Assembly: GCA_030141605.1 (NCBI GenBank)
Contig: JAQGDQ010000170.1
Span: forward strand, 186,001 to 250,000
Length of the DNA: 64,000 nt
Direction: 5' to 3'
DNA from: Tubiluchus corallicola
Lineage: Eukaryota; Animalia; Priapulida
Shown one piece after another: positions 1-11,662 of this stretch. The position numbers and the translations under genes were made by a program. Every line of letters starts with the position of its first letter. Positions within the stretch are counted from its first letter, which is position 1. A model generated the notes under the pieces. That model worked only from the letters and a program-made list of their open reading frames with translations. It did not search any database and was not told where the DNA came from.

Positions 1-18
1 TAAATGATTATGATAGTG

Positions 19-125
19 TACACATTTTTCGAGGAGAATAAGAATTTTTTTCTAAAATGTAACGCCCCTCAAATTTTGGCACCCTAGGCTAGAGCCTAGT
101 TCACATATTGGTTAATACACCCCTG
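19..125. mobile_element. Terminal fragment of a dispersed repeat (DNA-transposon-like, ...cccctg end); second copy at ~19783-19886
   Basis: tacacatttt.cgaggagaataagaatttttt...gcacc....gcta...cctagtt...tattggttaa.ac.cccctg is shared by both loci. Confidence 0.55.
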
Positions 126-267
126 GTTACTCGCAATTGGTAATAATTGTTGTGAAATAAACCGCAATTGTTTATGAACTGTCTGCCATTATTCAAAGAA
201 ATAATCAATGATGCGCAAACATGCCACATTGTATTACATTAATAATTAGCGTGGAAGCAATTATTAC

Positions 268-423
268 CTGCTCTCAGAACTCACTAGCTCCATGTTAGTT
301 ATGGAAGTCATGTTGCTCCAGCGCACAATCGTGACCTTGAATGTAGCTTTTAAAGCCGGCTCGTCGTAACACGGAAACGTTTTCCTAGTATCTGTCGGCT
401 GCATCTGGGAGGTGGCCAGCCAC
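268..423 (-). CDS. Aminopeptidase N-like (M1 zinc metallopeptidase), internal coding exon; gene continues beyond the left edge of the window
   Basis: Bounded by ttccag| acceptor and |gtaata donor. Reads (R)[51 protein letters not shown], containing the M1-family ..AR..FPC.DEP..KATF motif. Its phase-2 junction joins exactly to exon 3314-4028. Too short for the ORF track. Confidence 0.93.
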
Positions 424-1186
424 CTGGAAAAATATTAGTCGAAATTACAGAGGGAATCCTAGCAAAGATTCTTTAATTTCAGTTGTCTTTCTGTTAATAA
501 ATTAACATTGTTTTGACAGTCTGCTATTATATGTAGAACCAATTCTATACAAAATCCTTCATGTTCTGAATTTCACTATAAGGCGGATTTATGGCGTTTT
601 AAGTTGCACAGAAAACCTTCAATAAGCAAGTAAGCCAATGCTTCGCATTCCGGACTAGTCGATTTCCCCAATTTCACTGCCTTTGTTACGTCAGTCGCCA
701 CATTCGAGTAAATTCAACAGACCAGTTTGAATCAATTCAAGCGTGTGGATATTAATACTAAGAGTAATATTAAGACTCCTCAACAGCCATTTGAGCGAGT
801 GAGTGACTGAGTGACTAAAATTTAAATCTTGAACTTGAATTTGAAGAAAACAAATGTGCGGGTGAGTAAGGGTGTGAGCGAGTGAGTGGTCGCAAAGCCT
901 CAAGAAGTGCTGGTAATCTAGGGCTGGACAACAAAATTTTGATCTCGTAGTACCAAATAGGGGACAGACTGAACGGAACCAATTGGTGACGTTCAGACGA
1001 TTGGTTTTAGCCAGACAATAAGCGTAAATAGAGTTATCAAGTGATGTTTTTTTATCATGCGGATGCGTTTTCCACTGCGGAAAGAAAATAAAGAGGATAC
1101 AGCTGCAGAAAAAGAAAAACGCATACGCAATCTGCATAAACGGATGCATTGAAACCAATATAAACCGAATTTAGTTATTCCGCAGC

Positions 1187-1428
1187 TACAAAACGCATCC
1201 GCATCCTCATGGGTACATAAACGCCACTTTAGTCTACAAAACGCATCCGCATCCTCATGGTACATGAACGCCACTTTAGTTTACAAAACGCATCCGCATC
1301 CTCATGCTACATGAACGCCACTTTAGTCTGCAAAACGCATCCGCATCCTCGTGCTACATAAACGCCTCTTTAGTTTACAAAACGCATCCGCATCCTCATG
1401 CTACATGAACGCCACTTTAGTCTACAAA
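1187..1428. repeat. Minisatellite, 47-48 bp unit, ~5 copies
   Basis: Unit tacaaaacgcatccgcatcctcatg(g/c)tacat(a/g)aacgccactttagt(c/t). An inverted copy of the core (atgcggatgcgtttt) lies at ~1037-1051. Confidence 0.9.
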
Positions 1429-1749
1429 AAACTGCAAGTCATAGTCCGGCTGCTTGCGAGCGTCTTGGGCAGAACGACCATGAAGCCAGAAGCCATACGT
1501 ATCCCAAGCATTTCCTGGATATTTTGACATTTTCAGAGACCTTTTTAGCAACTTCTAAATCTAACTTTTGATTTTTTGCACTATAAAAGTCTGTTTCTAA
1601 GCGATCAATTTGCTATTTAATTACGAACAGCTGCAAGCTACATAATTAGAACCAAAACAGTAAAGGACCGCCCAGACAATGATCATGTATAATGATAGTT
1701 GGGGTAATGTTAGTCAGCTTGTATTTATAATTGTGTTATAGCCCACAAA

Positions 1750-1806
1750 TAACCTAGCCACTGGGGGGGGGGGTCCCAAGCCCGGATAAATAGGGAGGGT
1801 TAGGGT
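1750..1806 (+). ncRNA. Twister ribozyme-like sequence (degenerate: lacks AGUGCC after the G run)
   Basis: U|AA CCUA GC CACU (G)n UCCCAAGC CCGG AUAAA UAGG GAGGG. P2 (CCUA/UAGG), L4 and GAGGG are perfect, but the P3 3' strand and part of the P4 5' strand are missing. Confidence 0.7.
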
Positions 1807-2218
1807 CAGGAAGGGCATCCGCCTGTAAAAACTGCGCCAAAACCTTCTATGAATGAGTCGGTGAGAGTTAAAGGTAAAGTCCACAAAGAAGTGGTCAGAC
1901 CCGCTCTAATCTATGGGCTGGAAGCAGCTTCTCTAAAGAAGACCGAAGAGAAGAAAATGGGTGTGGTGGAGATGAGAATGTTGAGATGGATGGTGGGAAT
2001 AACAAAAAGAGATAAAATTAGAAATAATAATATCAAAGGAACAGTAAAAGTAGTGGAAGCCTCGCACGATTGCGATGGTATGGACACCTGAAAAGAAGAG
2101 TCGGTGAAGATCTTGTGGGAAGGGAAGACATAAATGAAGAGATGGTCAACAAGAGGAATGCGTGGAGAAGACTCATTCACAACGGCGACCCCGAATAGGG
2201 AAAAGTTGGGAAGAAGAA
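1751..2218 (+). mobile_element. Non-autonomous RTE-derived retroelement (bipartite LINE derivative), full-length copy 1
   Basis: RTE-type 5' leader, remnant of RT C-terminus (KGKVHKEVVRPALIYGLE...EMRMLRWMVGITKRDKIRN), 3' stem-loop and (GAA)n tail. TSD atagcccacaaataa (1738-1752) / atagcctacaaataa (2219-2233). Confidence 0.9.
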
Positions 2219-3214
2219 ATAGCCTACAAATAATTGAAAACACATTTGCAGATAGGTGCTTTTGTTAAAGTTGCCTTGAACAATTTTATTTCACACTATA
2301 AAACATAAAAATAAAGGGAATATTATGAGATTTGTTAGCTGATGAAACCATTTTTCCTGTTAGCAAAATATTTCAATTGTTTCTAAAGAAATGGTGTTAC
2401 TGGGCTGTGCGTGAGAATGTGGGCAAGTGCGTTGCTTATGAATGCTTAAACAAAAAAAACTGCGAGGTCATCTTTACTTTCGCAAACCTTTTTACTTGTT
2501 GAGAAAGTGGTTTATAAATTCATAAAAAAGATCTAAATAAAATGATGCCAGCAGTTTGAATGCCACTGACTATGTATATAAATTATATAGCGTGTGACAC
2601 TGTGCTGCAGTTCATAACACGTTAGTTTAATTTTCATGCTGAAAAAACTTGAGTACTGTACCTTTATCATATAATTAGGTATCAGCAGCTTTGGCTGTGT
2701 ACCAGATGTCGACCAGCAACTGAGCAAGGAAGAGTTTTTCTGTACTGTACCCGGCATAACTTGGTAATATGAAACTCGTTTAAACACTTGCTGTATCGCG
2801 CAACAATGAGACGGCCACATTGTTATTTGCTTTCTGTGTTTAATCTTCTGGGTTCGGTCTCGCAAGCAGAACCTCTTGAAAACTTTAGATTGTGTATGAA
2901 GGAGTTCGTAAATAGACACACACTTGACCCAGTCGACTACACTAATGCTTACCTTAATTCTTGTTCCGCGCCAGGAAATTTTACCTACCTCGCTGAGACG
3001 CGCTGACAATAGCCGTTTCTCACGTTTTCTGGTAATACTGAGACAGCGTCTATTCTCAGGGCCTATTTGAAGGGGGGGGGATACTTCCCCGGGGCCTCAC
3101 CCTCCAGGGGGGCCTCGCGCCAAGGTAACATTTTTTGCTTTATGCGAACATACTGCCTCTTCTCTCCTCTCTCTCTCTCTCTCTCTTGCCGCACGCGCGC
3201 CGTTTGCCAGTATA

Positions 3215-3288
3215 GAGAAGACTCATGGAGAAGACTCATTCACAACGGCGACCCCGAATAGGGAAAAGCTGGGAAGAAGAAGAAGAAG
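3215..3288 (+). mobile_element. 3'-end fragment of the same RTE-derived element
   Basis: ggagaagactcattcacaacggcgaccccgaatagggaaaagctgg(gaa)n matches the 3' end of the other copies; gagaagactcat is duplicated at its 5' junction. Confidence 0.85.
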
Positions 3289-3313
3289 TTAGAGGTTGTA
3301 AATCTCAACCTAC

Positions 3314-4028
3314 CTAGTTTCCCCTGTGCTAGTCTTGTAACTGCTCCTGTACAGTCCTGCCAAATCGTCAGCAAGTTCACCTTCGAAGTTCATACTCACC
3401 CAGTACCTCATCTCAGGTTGAAGATAACCATTCAGTGTGAAGATGAGGAACTCTACACTTGTATCAAACTCCATGTTTCTAATAGTGGGCACGTCATAAC
3501 CTGGTGTAGCTACACTTAAAGTGTAGTTCGATACTGTTAACTTGTTACTGTGCAATATAATCTCGCTAGTAGCATTCTTACACTCAATTAGAATCTCCAC
3601 ATAACCGTCAAACGTGAACACGGATGGATCAAGATTTGGCCGCAATTCCACATTGTAATGGACGGGCAACAGATCACCCGGTATTCTCACATCTCTTGTG
3701 GGTGGTTCTGGCGTGGGTTCTGTAGTGGATTCAGGTTCTGGCTCGAGGGTGGTCGACATGTCGGTTGCTGCGCATTTGCTCAATGGTTTGCCCGTGTACG
3801 CCACTATAAGTCCAACCGCAGCTAAAGCTGCCAACACTAGAAGCACTAGAAGAACTGCTGTGGCGCGAGATATGAAGAATCCCTTCGTTTCCTTGAACTT
3901 GATGCTGCTCTGACTGTCGGACATTGCAAATTTCTCTTTTTGGATGTCGTTGCCCGTCATGTCGTCTGTGCTGGCGGTGTAGTTTCCAAGTGTAAAATCA
4001 CTATCTTCAAGTGAAAAGTTGCTGTTTC
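3314..4028 (-). CDS. Aminopeptidase N-like (M1 peptidase) large N-terminal exon: cytoplasmic tail, signal-anchor TM, Thr/Pro/Glu stalk, start of N-terminal beta domain
   Basis: Within ORF 3310..4056: KGFFISRATAVLLVLLVLAALAAVGLIVAY (TM), TTLEPEPESTTEPTPEPP stalk, RIPGDLLPVHYNVELRP...IILHS...F.G.L.DDLAGLYRSSY typical of APN. Acceptor tttttcag| at 4029-4030, donor AG|gtaggt at 3312-3313. Confidence 0.93.
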
Positions 4029-4068
4029 CTGAAAAAAAAACAGAATTTTGTATCAAAAACTTGGTGTG

Positions 4069-4282
4069 CTGATGATGATGACGACGACGACGACTATAAT
4101 GATGATGATGACGACGACTATGATGATGATGATGATGGTGGTGATGTTATGATGATGATGATAATGATGATGAAGACTACGACGACGATGACGACGACGA
4201 CTATGATGATGATGATGATGGTGGTGATGTTATGATGATGATGATAATGATGATGAAGACGACGACGACGACGACGATGATG

Positions 4283-4314
<32 letters not shown>

Positions 4315-4392
4315 GAAGATAACGACGACGACGACGACGATGATGATGATGATGTTGGTGATGATGATGATGATGATGATGATGATGACGAA
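4069..4392. repeat. Compound (GAT)n/(GAC)n microsatellite in intron
   Basis: Read directly; produces spurious poly-M/H/I ORFs. Confidence 0.95.
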
Positions 4393-4614
4393 GATGGTAC
4401 TGATAGATGAGAAAAGGAAGACAGTGTGTAATATAATTATAAGCAAGATGTGCACGGAGCTTGTTTGAGAGCAAGTGTAGCACCAAACTTCTAGTACAAT
4501 TTTAAAATACATGTGTGTTAACTATGTATAATACGTCATATGGAATGTACTCGTGCATGTACATGTAACACGTAAATCAGTTTTTATTTCGGAGTTCAGT
4601 GTTTGGTAAACCTC

Positions 4615-5865
4615 TCTTATAATTTGACTGTTGACTGGTTCATTCATTTGTGCAGAATAGTCTTATAATTTGACTGTTGACTGGTTCATTCACTTGAGCA
4701 GAATAGTCTTATAATTTGGCTGTTGACTGATTCGTTCATTTGAGCAGAATAGTCTTATAATTTGGCTGTTGACTGATTCATTCATTTGAGCAGGATAGTC
4801 TTATAATTTGACTGTTGACTGATTCATTCATTTGAGCAAAATAGTCTTATAATTTGACTGTTGACCGATTCATTCATTTGAGCAGAATAGTCTTATAATT
4901 TGACTGTTGACTGATTCATTCATTTGAGCAGAATAGTCTTATAATTTGACTGTTGACTGATTCATTCATTTGAGCAGAATAGTCTTTTAATTTGACTGCT
5001 GACTGATTCATTCATTTGAGCAGAATAGTCTTATAATTTGACTGTTGACTGGTTCATTCATTTGAGCAGAATAGTCTTATAATTTGACTGTTGACTGATT
5101 CATTCATTTGAGCAGAATAGTCTTATAATTTGGCTGTTGACTGATTCATTCATTTGAGCAGAATAGTCTTATAATTTGGCTGTTGACTGATTCATTCATT
5201 TGAGCAGAATAGTCTTATAATTTGACTGCTGACTGATTCATTCATTTGAGCAGAATAGTCTTATAATTTGACTGTTGACTGATTCATTCATTTGAGCAAA
5301 ATAGTCTTATAATTTGACTGTTGACTGATTCATTCATTTGAGCAGAATAGTCTTATAATTTGACTGTTGACTGATTCATTCATTTGAGCAGAATAGTCTT
5401 ATAATTTGACTGTTGACTGATTCATTCATTTGAGCAGAATAGTCTTTTAATTTGACTGCTGACTGATTCAATCATTTGAGCAGAATAGTCTTATAATTTG
5501 ACTGTTGACTGGTTCATTCATTTGAGCAGAATAGTCTTATAATTTGACTGTTGACTGATTCATTCATTTGAGCAGAATAGTCTTATAATTTGGCTGTTGA
5601 CTGATTCATTCATTTGAGCAGAATAGTCTTATAATTTGACTATTGACTGATTCATTCATTTGAGCAAAATAGTCTTATAATTTGACTGCTGACTGATTCA
5701 TTCATTTGAGCAGAATAGTCTTATAATTTGACTGTTGACTGATTCATTCATTTGAGCAGAATAGTCTTATAATTTGACTGTTGACTGATTCATTCATTTG
5801 AGCAGAATAGTCTTATAATTTGACTGTTGACTGATTCATTCATTTGAGCAGAATAGTCTTATAAT
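4615..5865. repeat. 46-bp tandem satellite, ~27 copies, followed by one inverted unit (~5884-5924)
   Basis: Unit tcttataatttgactgttgactgattcattcatttgagcagaatag repeats head-to-tail without spacers. Confidence 0.97.
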
Positions 5866-6250
5866 TCTGCACTATTCTGCACTATAATAGACTATTCTGC
5901 ACAAATGACTGAATCAGTCAACAGATAAATTTCAACATACGTCAGTTTTAGTCAGCACGCAGAAAGTTCATTATTTACAAGAGTTCCACGTTATTGTAAT
6001 GACAAAACGCGTATAATCTGTAACTCCGAGTCAAAAGATAGCACGTCACACAGAATATGCTATATTGCACTCACACGTTATATCCCACATAGTTTACTGT
6101 ACAGGTTTGTATATACATCCAAATGTAGATAACACATTGTGAATAAAACACTCAACCTAAACTTGTCTTATTTCAATGGTTGAATAAGCTTACATGGAGT
6201 AAAAGTTCATACGTGCTGTCAATATTAATACTGGATTTTATCATTTTTAC

Positions 6251-6266
6251 CTGTTTGGTTTGGCAT
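6251..6266 (-). CDS. Probable first coding exon of the aminopeptidase N-like gene (MPNQT-G)
   Basis: ATG CCA AAC CAA ACA G|gtaaaa is a phase-1 donor matching the phase-1 acceptor at 4028, giving MPNQTGNSNFSLED. An in-exon Met at 3958-3960 is an alternative start. Confidence 0.5.
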
Positions 6267-7352
6267 GATGTATCGAAATCTATATATCTTCGAGGATATT
6301 CGACTTTAGATCGTCCAGTCTGGTGAACTTATAGATTTTTAAATGTTTTCGTTTTCGTGAAAATTTTCTACTTTAACTCGATGTGCTATGAAAAGCTTTT
6401 CGTCTTTTACTGTTGAAGCAAAAATGGAGTTTCTCAAACCGATTGAATTAATGCCACATATCAGAATTACATAAATCATATCAGCCACATATCAGAATTA
6501 CATAAATCATACTTTTGAATTTGTTTTGAAAGTATTATTATTTACTTCTGAATGCTAATAATGCAAGATACAGTCTTAAAGTATCAGAGATATACAAAAA
6601 TTCTATTCCAAAGTTCTTCTAAACAGCCATGTAACAGGTATAACAGCTCAAACCATTTTTAAATTCTTTATTGGCTAACAATACATTTATAATTTCGGCT
6701 GCATAGATTTCTTGAACAACTTTAAGCGGGCGCAAATTAGAAATGATTTTGCTCGAAAAACTTTATCGTTCTAATCTTAATTTTAATGTTATCTATTGAT
6801 GATGGAACGATCCCTTAATTACTGAATTTTTGAAACCAAATTTTGTGCGAAGGGAAGTAAGAGCAAGAACTCAGCAGGGATTTGAACCAGGGACTAGACA
6901 CAGTCCCGCCTTTTCACAGTTCTTTCCGTTCGGACCCTGCTTTGAAAACTTTAATAATTAAAGATTAATTCTATCATTGTTTCTGTAATTCTCATATGCA
7001 ATGCATTCTTGATTTTTAATTACGTATTTCACCACTAAATTACACCACTTGGAACAGAAATTTGAATGATCCGTACAGCACAACACGCACATGCACATGT
7101 GGTAGATAAACTGAATGTATCACACCAGTAAAATACGTGATTGATAACTTGACTATCCCTATTGATAAACTTTCTCATGTTTATAGACTAGCCAAGTCAT
7201 CAGTCTACAATACAAGAACTCAACAACAATGACAAACACGTAAAGCAAACCAAATAAGGGCGTTGTAAACTTTCAGTATAAAAAAATCTAAATTTCACTT
7301 TACGTGAAGCACTGCAGGCCTTCACTTCTTCCCTAATTAACCCGTGAGTTAA

Positions 7353-7808
7353 CCCTTTCAGTCCCAAATTATTTTTTAATAAGAAAATTTTTTTCCTTGA
7401 TACTTTTGTTCAGTATGTCCATCTTGTTTACACATAATAATAATTGTTTTCACCTGTACCCGCGTGCTAAATATAGCCTGTATCCCACGGGATACATTGG
7501 GATTCAATAGAAGCATAAAATGTGCTTCATTTTGCAACTGCTGATGATTTTTTAAAGTATTTAAGACATTTAGTATGCACGCTATGCTGATCTGTACAAA
7601 GTCGTCTCTAAGGTACTGTACCTTGCGCAGTTTTTTATGCTATGTAGATTTTCTAGTTTGCCATTTTATCACCATTTTTAGTCTATTGTTATTGGCTTAA
7701 ATCAAAATAACTATTAACAGATCAAATAACTGTCAGTTTTAAAATTTTATTAATTTTAAAGGCAGAAAATATTGTCGTATCCCACGGGATACAACGGGTA
7801 AGAAAGGG
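7353..7808 (+). mobile_element. piggyBac-like MITE, copy 1
   Basis: TTAA|CCCTTTC ... GAAAGGG|TTAA termini; internal gtatcccacgggatac palindromes; near-identical to copies at 13.5, 16.2 and 19.1 kb. Confidence 0.88.
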
Positions 7809-8124
7809 TTAAAAGGCTAATTAACGAAGTCTAATTGTTAAGAGCAAAGGGCTAAAAGAAGAGGACTAATGTACAGGATGCCCCCCCCCCCCACTGCTTT
7901 CTTACGAACCTCTTACTGGAACTACTTCAATAGCCGCCAAGTCTAGGTGCAGATTGTTTACCAAGACTTTACGGATTCCGAGAAAGTTCCATGCTAATTA
8001 ACCTTATTCGCGCTAAAGTGTGTATTAAGCTAAACAGAAAGGAATTAAGTTGTTGTGGTGGTTTTTGTGTTTGTTTTTTTGTGTTTTTGTTGTTTGTTTT
8101 TTGTTTGTTGTGTGGTGTTGGTGT

Positions 8125-8342
8125 TTAGCATAAAAAACTGCGCAAGGTACAGTACTTTAGAGACGACTTCAGCATAAATTTCAGCAGTTGCAAAATGTTT
8201 TGTTGTGTTTTTAAAAAAGTCGGACTTTGTTTTTTGCACATGACAAAGAATGTTGTGTATCCCACAGGATACATTGGGAACAAATGTACCAGGCCCAAAA
8301 TTTTTTTCTTATTAAAAATAATTTGGGACTGAAATGAATTAA
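8125..8342 (-). mobile_element. Degenerate/partial relative of the piggyBac-like MITE
   Basis: Shares tagcataaaaaactgcgcaaggtacagtactttagagacgac and aataatttgggactgaaa with the full copies. Confidence 0.75.
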
Positions 8343-8864
8343 TGGATGCATGTCGTTCTTTGTCATATTCGTCACTAGTGCCACCTGGTCCTAGTCTGTG
8401 TGATATTGTAACATGTGGTTTCAATGCGCTCTAATAACTGAAGTGCAAGTCTCCCTTTTTCAACCGCGATTTTAGTTTTTTGAGCGGCACTGCTCATTCT
8501 ATAGTCATGATGTTAATTTCTACTTCAGTAACACACAGGATTAAAGCGCCTCTAGAAGCAAGTTGCGGAACTAACCTTGATGACTAGCGCCATAAACTGT
8601 TTCAGACGTTCAGAAGCCTAATGTCAAAAAGACTCGCTTTCGATTTCTTAAGCCAGGAAGCCCTGACTTCTTGTCCTAGTGTCGATCAAAGGTTAGCTTC
8701 AATTAATTTCACTAGGGCACCTTAGTTTATTTTTAGTGATAATCTCGCTGGTTTAATCCTTGCAGCTATGCATAATCTGACTATGATTGAAAGAATCGGT
8801 TCATGTACAGTACAGTGCCCTGTTTATAAAGTGAGTGTTACAAACGCAAGAACGCTAAGTCGAT

Positions 8865-9560
8865 AAAAGGGCATGATAAGAACGGCGACGACGACAACGG
8901 TGATGATGATAATGATGATGATGATGTTGATAAAAGGGCGTAATAAGGACGGCGACGACGACAACGGTGATGATGATAATGATGATAAAAGGGCATAATA
9001 AGGACTGCGATGACGACAACAGAGATGGTGGTGGTAATGTGGTAAGGACAATGGTAATGATGATAATGACGATGATGACGACGACGACGATGATGATGAT
9101 GATAATGACGATGATGGCGATGATGACGACATTGACGACGACAACGATGATGATGATAATGATGATGATAAAAGGGCATAATAAGGACGGCGACGGCGAC
9201 AGAGATGGTGGTGGTAATGTGGTAAGGACAGTGGTAATGATGATGATAATGACGATGATGATGATGATGACGATGATGATGATGACGACGACAACGATGA
9301 CGATGATAATGATGATGATGATGTTGATAAAAGGGCATAATAAGGACGGCGACGACGACAGAGATGGTGGTGGCAATGTGGTAAGGACAATGGTAATGAT
9401 GATGATGATGATGATAATGACGACGATGGCGATGATGACGACAATGATGATGACGATTACGACGACGATGATGATGATGATGATGACAACGACGACGACG
9501 ATGATGATGATGATGATCGCAGTTGTAATAAAAATGATGATAGTGATCAACATGTTACGG
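8865..9560. repeat. Compound minisatellite: (GAT/GAC)n tracts punctuated by recurring cores aaaagggcataataaggac and agagatggtggtggtaatgtggtaaggac
   Basis: Cores recur near 8865, 8932, 8987, 9170 and 9328. Confidence 0.9.
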
Positions 9561-10428
9561 CGATAATCAGAAAGATGGTGATCACGAAGTGATCAAAATG
9601 GCACCCATTGGCAAAGTCGATATCAATAAGTGATGATAATGATGATAATGATAAGAATGATGATAGTCGGAGCTACGCAACAACTACAAACGACAATCAT
9701 GTGACAAACACGTGACAATCATGTGACAAACACGTGACAATAACTTACGTGACAATTAATTTCTTGCTTAAACGAAGAGAGGATGATTTTTCACATGCTA
9801 CCCCATTTTCAAGTCGGATAAAAAGTAAACATTCTAACGCATTTAATACAACAAAAGCATCTCTGGTAATTAAATAATAGATTAAAAACTTAACTAACGG
9901 CAGGCGAGCCCAACTATTGATGACGTCACCAACTAACTTCATTTTCAACATCAAAAACATTCCGTGAACGTGTTGCACGTGTTTGTGAAAGTGAAAATTG
10001 AAGTACAGTGCTACTGTAAGATATTCAATGTGTTGTACTAAAACTAGGCAAGTTTTAAAATAAAAATTCAAATTTCAAATTTACCGCTGTGCTCACGCTT
10101 GAGCTGTCGAACGCGTGTAGTTTGTCACAAACTAACACATCTGAACTGAGAGGTACAGCAGCTGTTTTTTGTGCCGTCCGAATATAAATGCAAGCACTAG
10201 AGCCGTCTAACTAGCGAATGGCAAAATGCATGTAACAGCGAAGAACTAGTAGCGCCAACGCGAAATTGTGTTTGTGTGATAATAATTCTTTCACGTAAGT
10301 CGGTTTTGAAAAAAATAGTACGTTTACTTACGATATTTTAAAGGGTAGATTGTTTTGACCTACAGTTGAACATTGGGTCTGGTGTTGCTTTAAGCTATGA
10401 TGCCTTGATAACTCTTTCTGCTTTATTC

Positions 10429-10657
10429 TTCTTCTTCTTCTTCTTCTTCTTCCCAGCTTTTCCCTATTCGGGGTCGCCGTTGTGAATGAGTCTTCTCCAC
10501 GCATTCCTGTTGTTGACCATCTCTTCATTTATGTCTTCCCTTCCCACATGATCTTCACCGACTCTTCTTTTCAGGTGTCCATACCATCGCAATCTTGCGA
10601 GGCTTCCACTACTTTTACTGTTCCTCTGATATTATTATATCTAATTTTATCTCTTCT
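10429..10657 (-). mobile_element. 5'-truncated copy of the RTE-derived element
   Basis: Reverse complement of the 3' half with (TTC)n tail; TSD tgctttattc at 10419-10428 and 10658-10667. Confidence 0.9.
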
Positions 10658-11424
10658 TGCTTTATTCGGAGGTGAAAATCGTCCAGTGATCGATCAATAT
10701 TTTACAGAGTAGATTGCAGTTTAGGCTGGATCCGGTTTTGCTTTGACTGCGTGTCTTTTCAGGTAAAATACAGAACAATATTTGTTCATTTTTTTACCGG
10801 ACCCGTAAACCATGGCGGGACCCGACTACACTAGTAGCGCCATAAAAAGGAACATACTTAACTTTACACAAAAACATTTTTTCGTTTTTACGCTGTTTAC
10901 TTATCAGTCATATTGATTATGTGACAGGGTTTTGTGATTGTTTGAACCATGCCTTAATGGCCGCCCAAATATAACACTTTGCTCACAAACGAATAATGCA
11001 TCGCGTAAACAGTGTACCCATTTGTCAGGTATCAGGATTTGCGGTTTGCAAGAATCTTAATGGAGAACATGGATTTGAAGTATGATGTGATATGACTTGG
11101 AGTGTGAAATATCTGCGAGTTGGTTCTGTAATCCGTAGCAAAAAAGTCAAGTTTCTGTTAGCTTTTCGGATTAATCCGGAATTTCATCGATTTCAGTAAA
11201 CCTACTATCAGAGAACACTTCACTGTCCCGCCGTTGTGGACAGAGTTCCACGTTGTTGATGACGCCTTTGGAATGCAGCCAATCCAGTTAAGAAATGTTT
11301 TTTCTTGGAGGGTTCTCCTCCTTGGTCCAGCGCCGCACAATACCAGGAAAACAAAGGCAAAGACTTCCAAAAATTGAGCTTTTGTTGTTGGGCCTAGAAG
11401 AGCCAACATATTTTACTGGTTCAG

Positions 11425-11662
11425 ACATGAGCGTATAGAGTATAGGTCAGTATCTTGCACATGAGCGTATAGAGTATAGGTCAGTATCTTGCACATGAGC
11501 GTATAGAGTATAGGTCAGTATCTTGCACATGAGCGTATAGAGTATAGGTCAGTATCTTGCACATGAGCGTATAGAGTATAGGTCAGTATCTTGCACATGA
11601 GCGTATAGAGTATAGGTCAGTATCTTGCACATGAGCGTATAGAGTATAGGTCAGTATCTTGC
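11425..11662. repeat. Perfect 34-bp tandem repeat x7
   Basis: acatgagcgtatagagtataggtcagtatcttgc, seven identical head-to-tail copies. Confidence 0.97.

Noticed and set aside
691-1274. 155-aa and 93-aa minus-strand ORFs
   Set aside because: They lie in the aminopeptidase intron, overlap repeats, use non-ATG starts and show no recognisable domain.
1751-1830. HDV-like ribozyme or tRNA head at the 5' end of the short retroelement
   Set aside because: I could not build the HDV nested double pseudoknot or find A/B boxes; the twister fold explains the conserved nucleotides.
1849-2091. 80-aa ORF as a host gene (also 21374-21616)
   Set aside because: It is a remnant of the RTE reverse-transcriptase C-terminal region inside a TSD-flanked repeat.
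4011-4512. Poly-His/Met/Ile ORFs
   Set aside because: Artefacts of a GAT/GAC microsatellite inside an intron.
4615-5865. CRISPR-like regular repeat array
   Set aside because: Units are head-to-tail with no unique spacers, there are no cas genes, and the context is a eukaryotic intron.
8824-9566. Four overlapping 166-232 aa ORFs
   Set aside because: Low-complexity trinucleotide repeats open in several frames; no splice or domain support.
11425-11662. 34-bp repeats of CRISPR-repeat length
   Set aside because: No spacers; simple tandem repeat.
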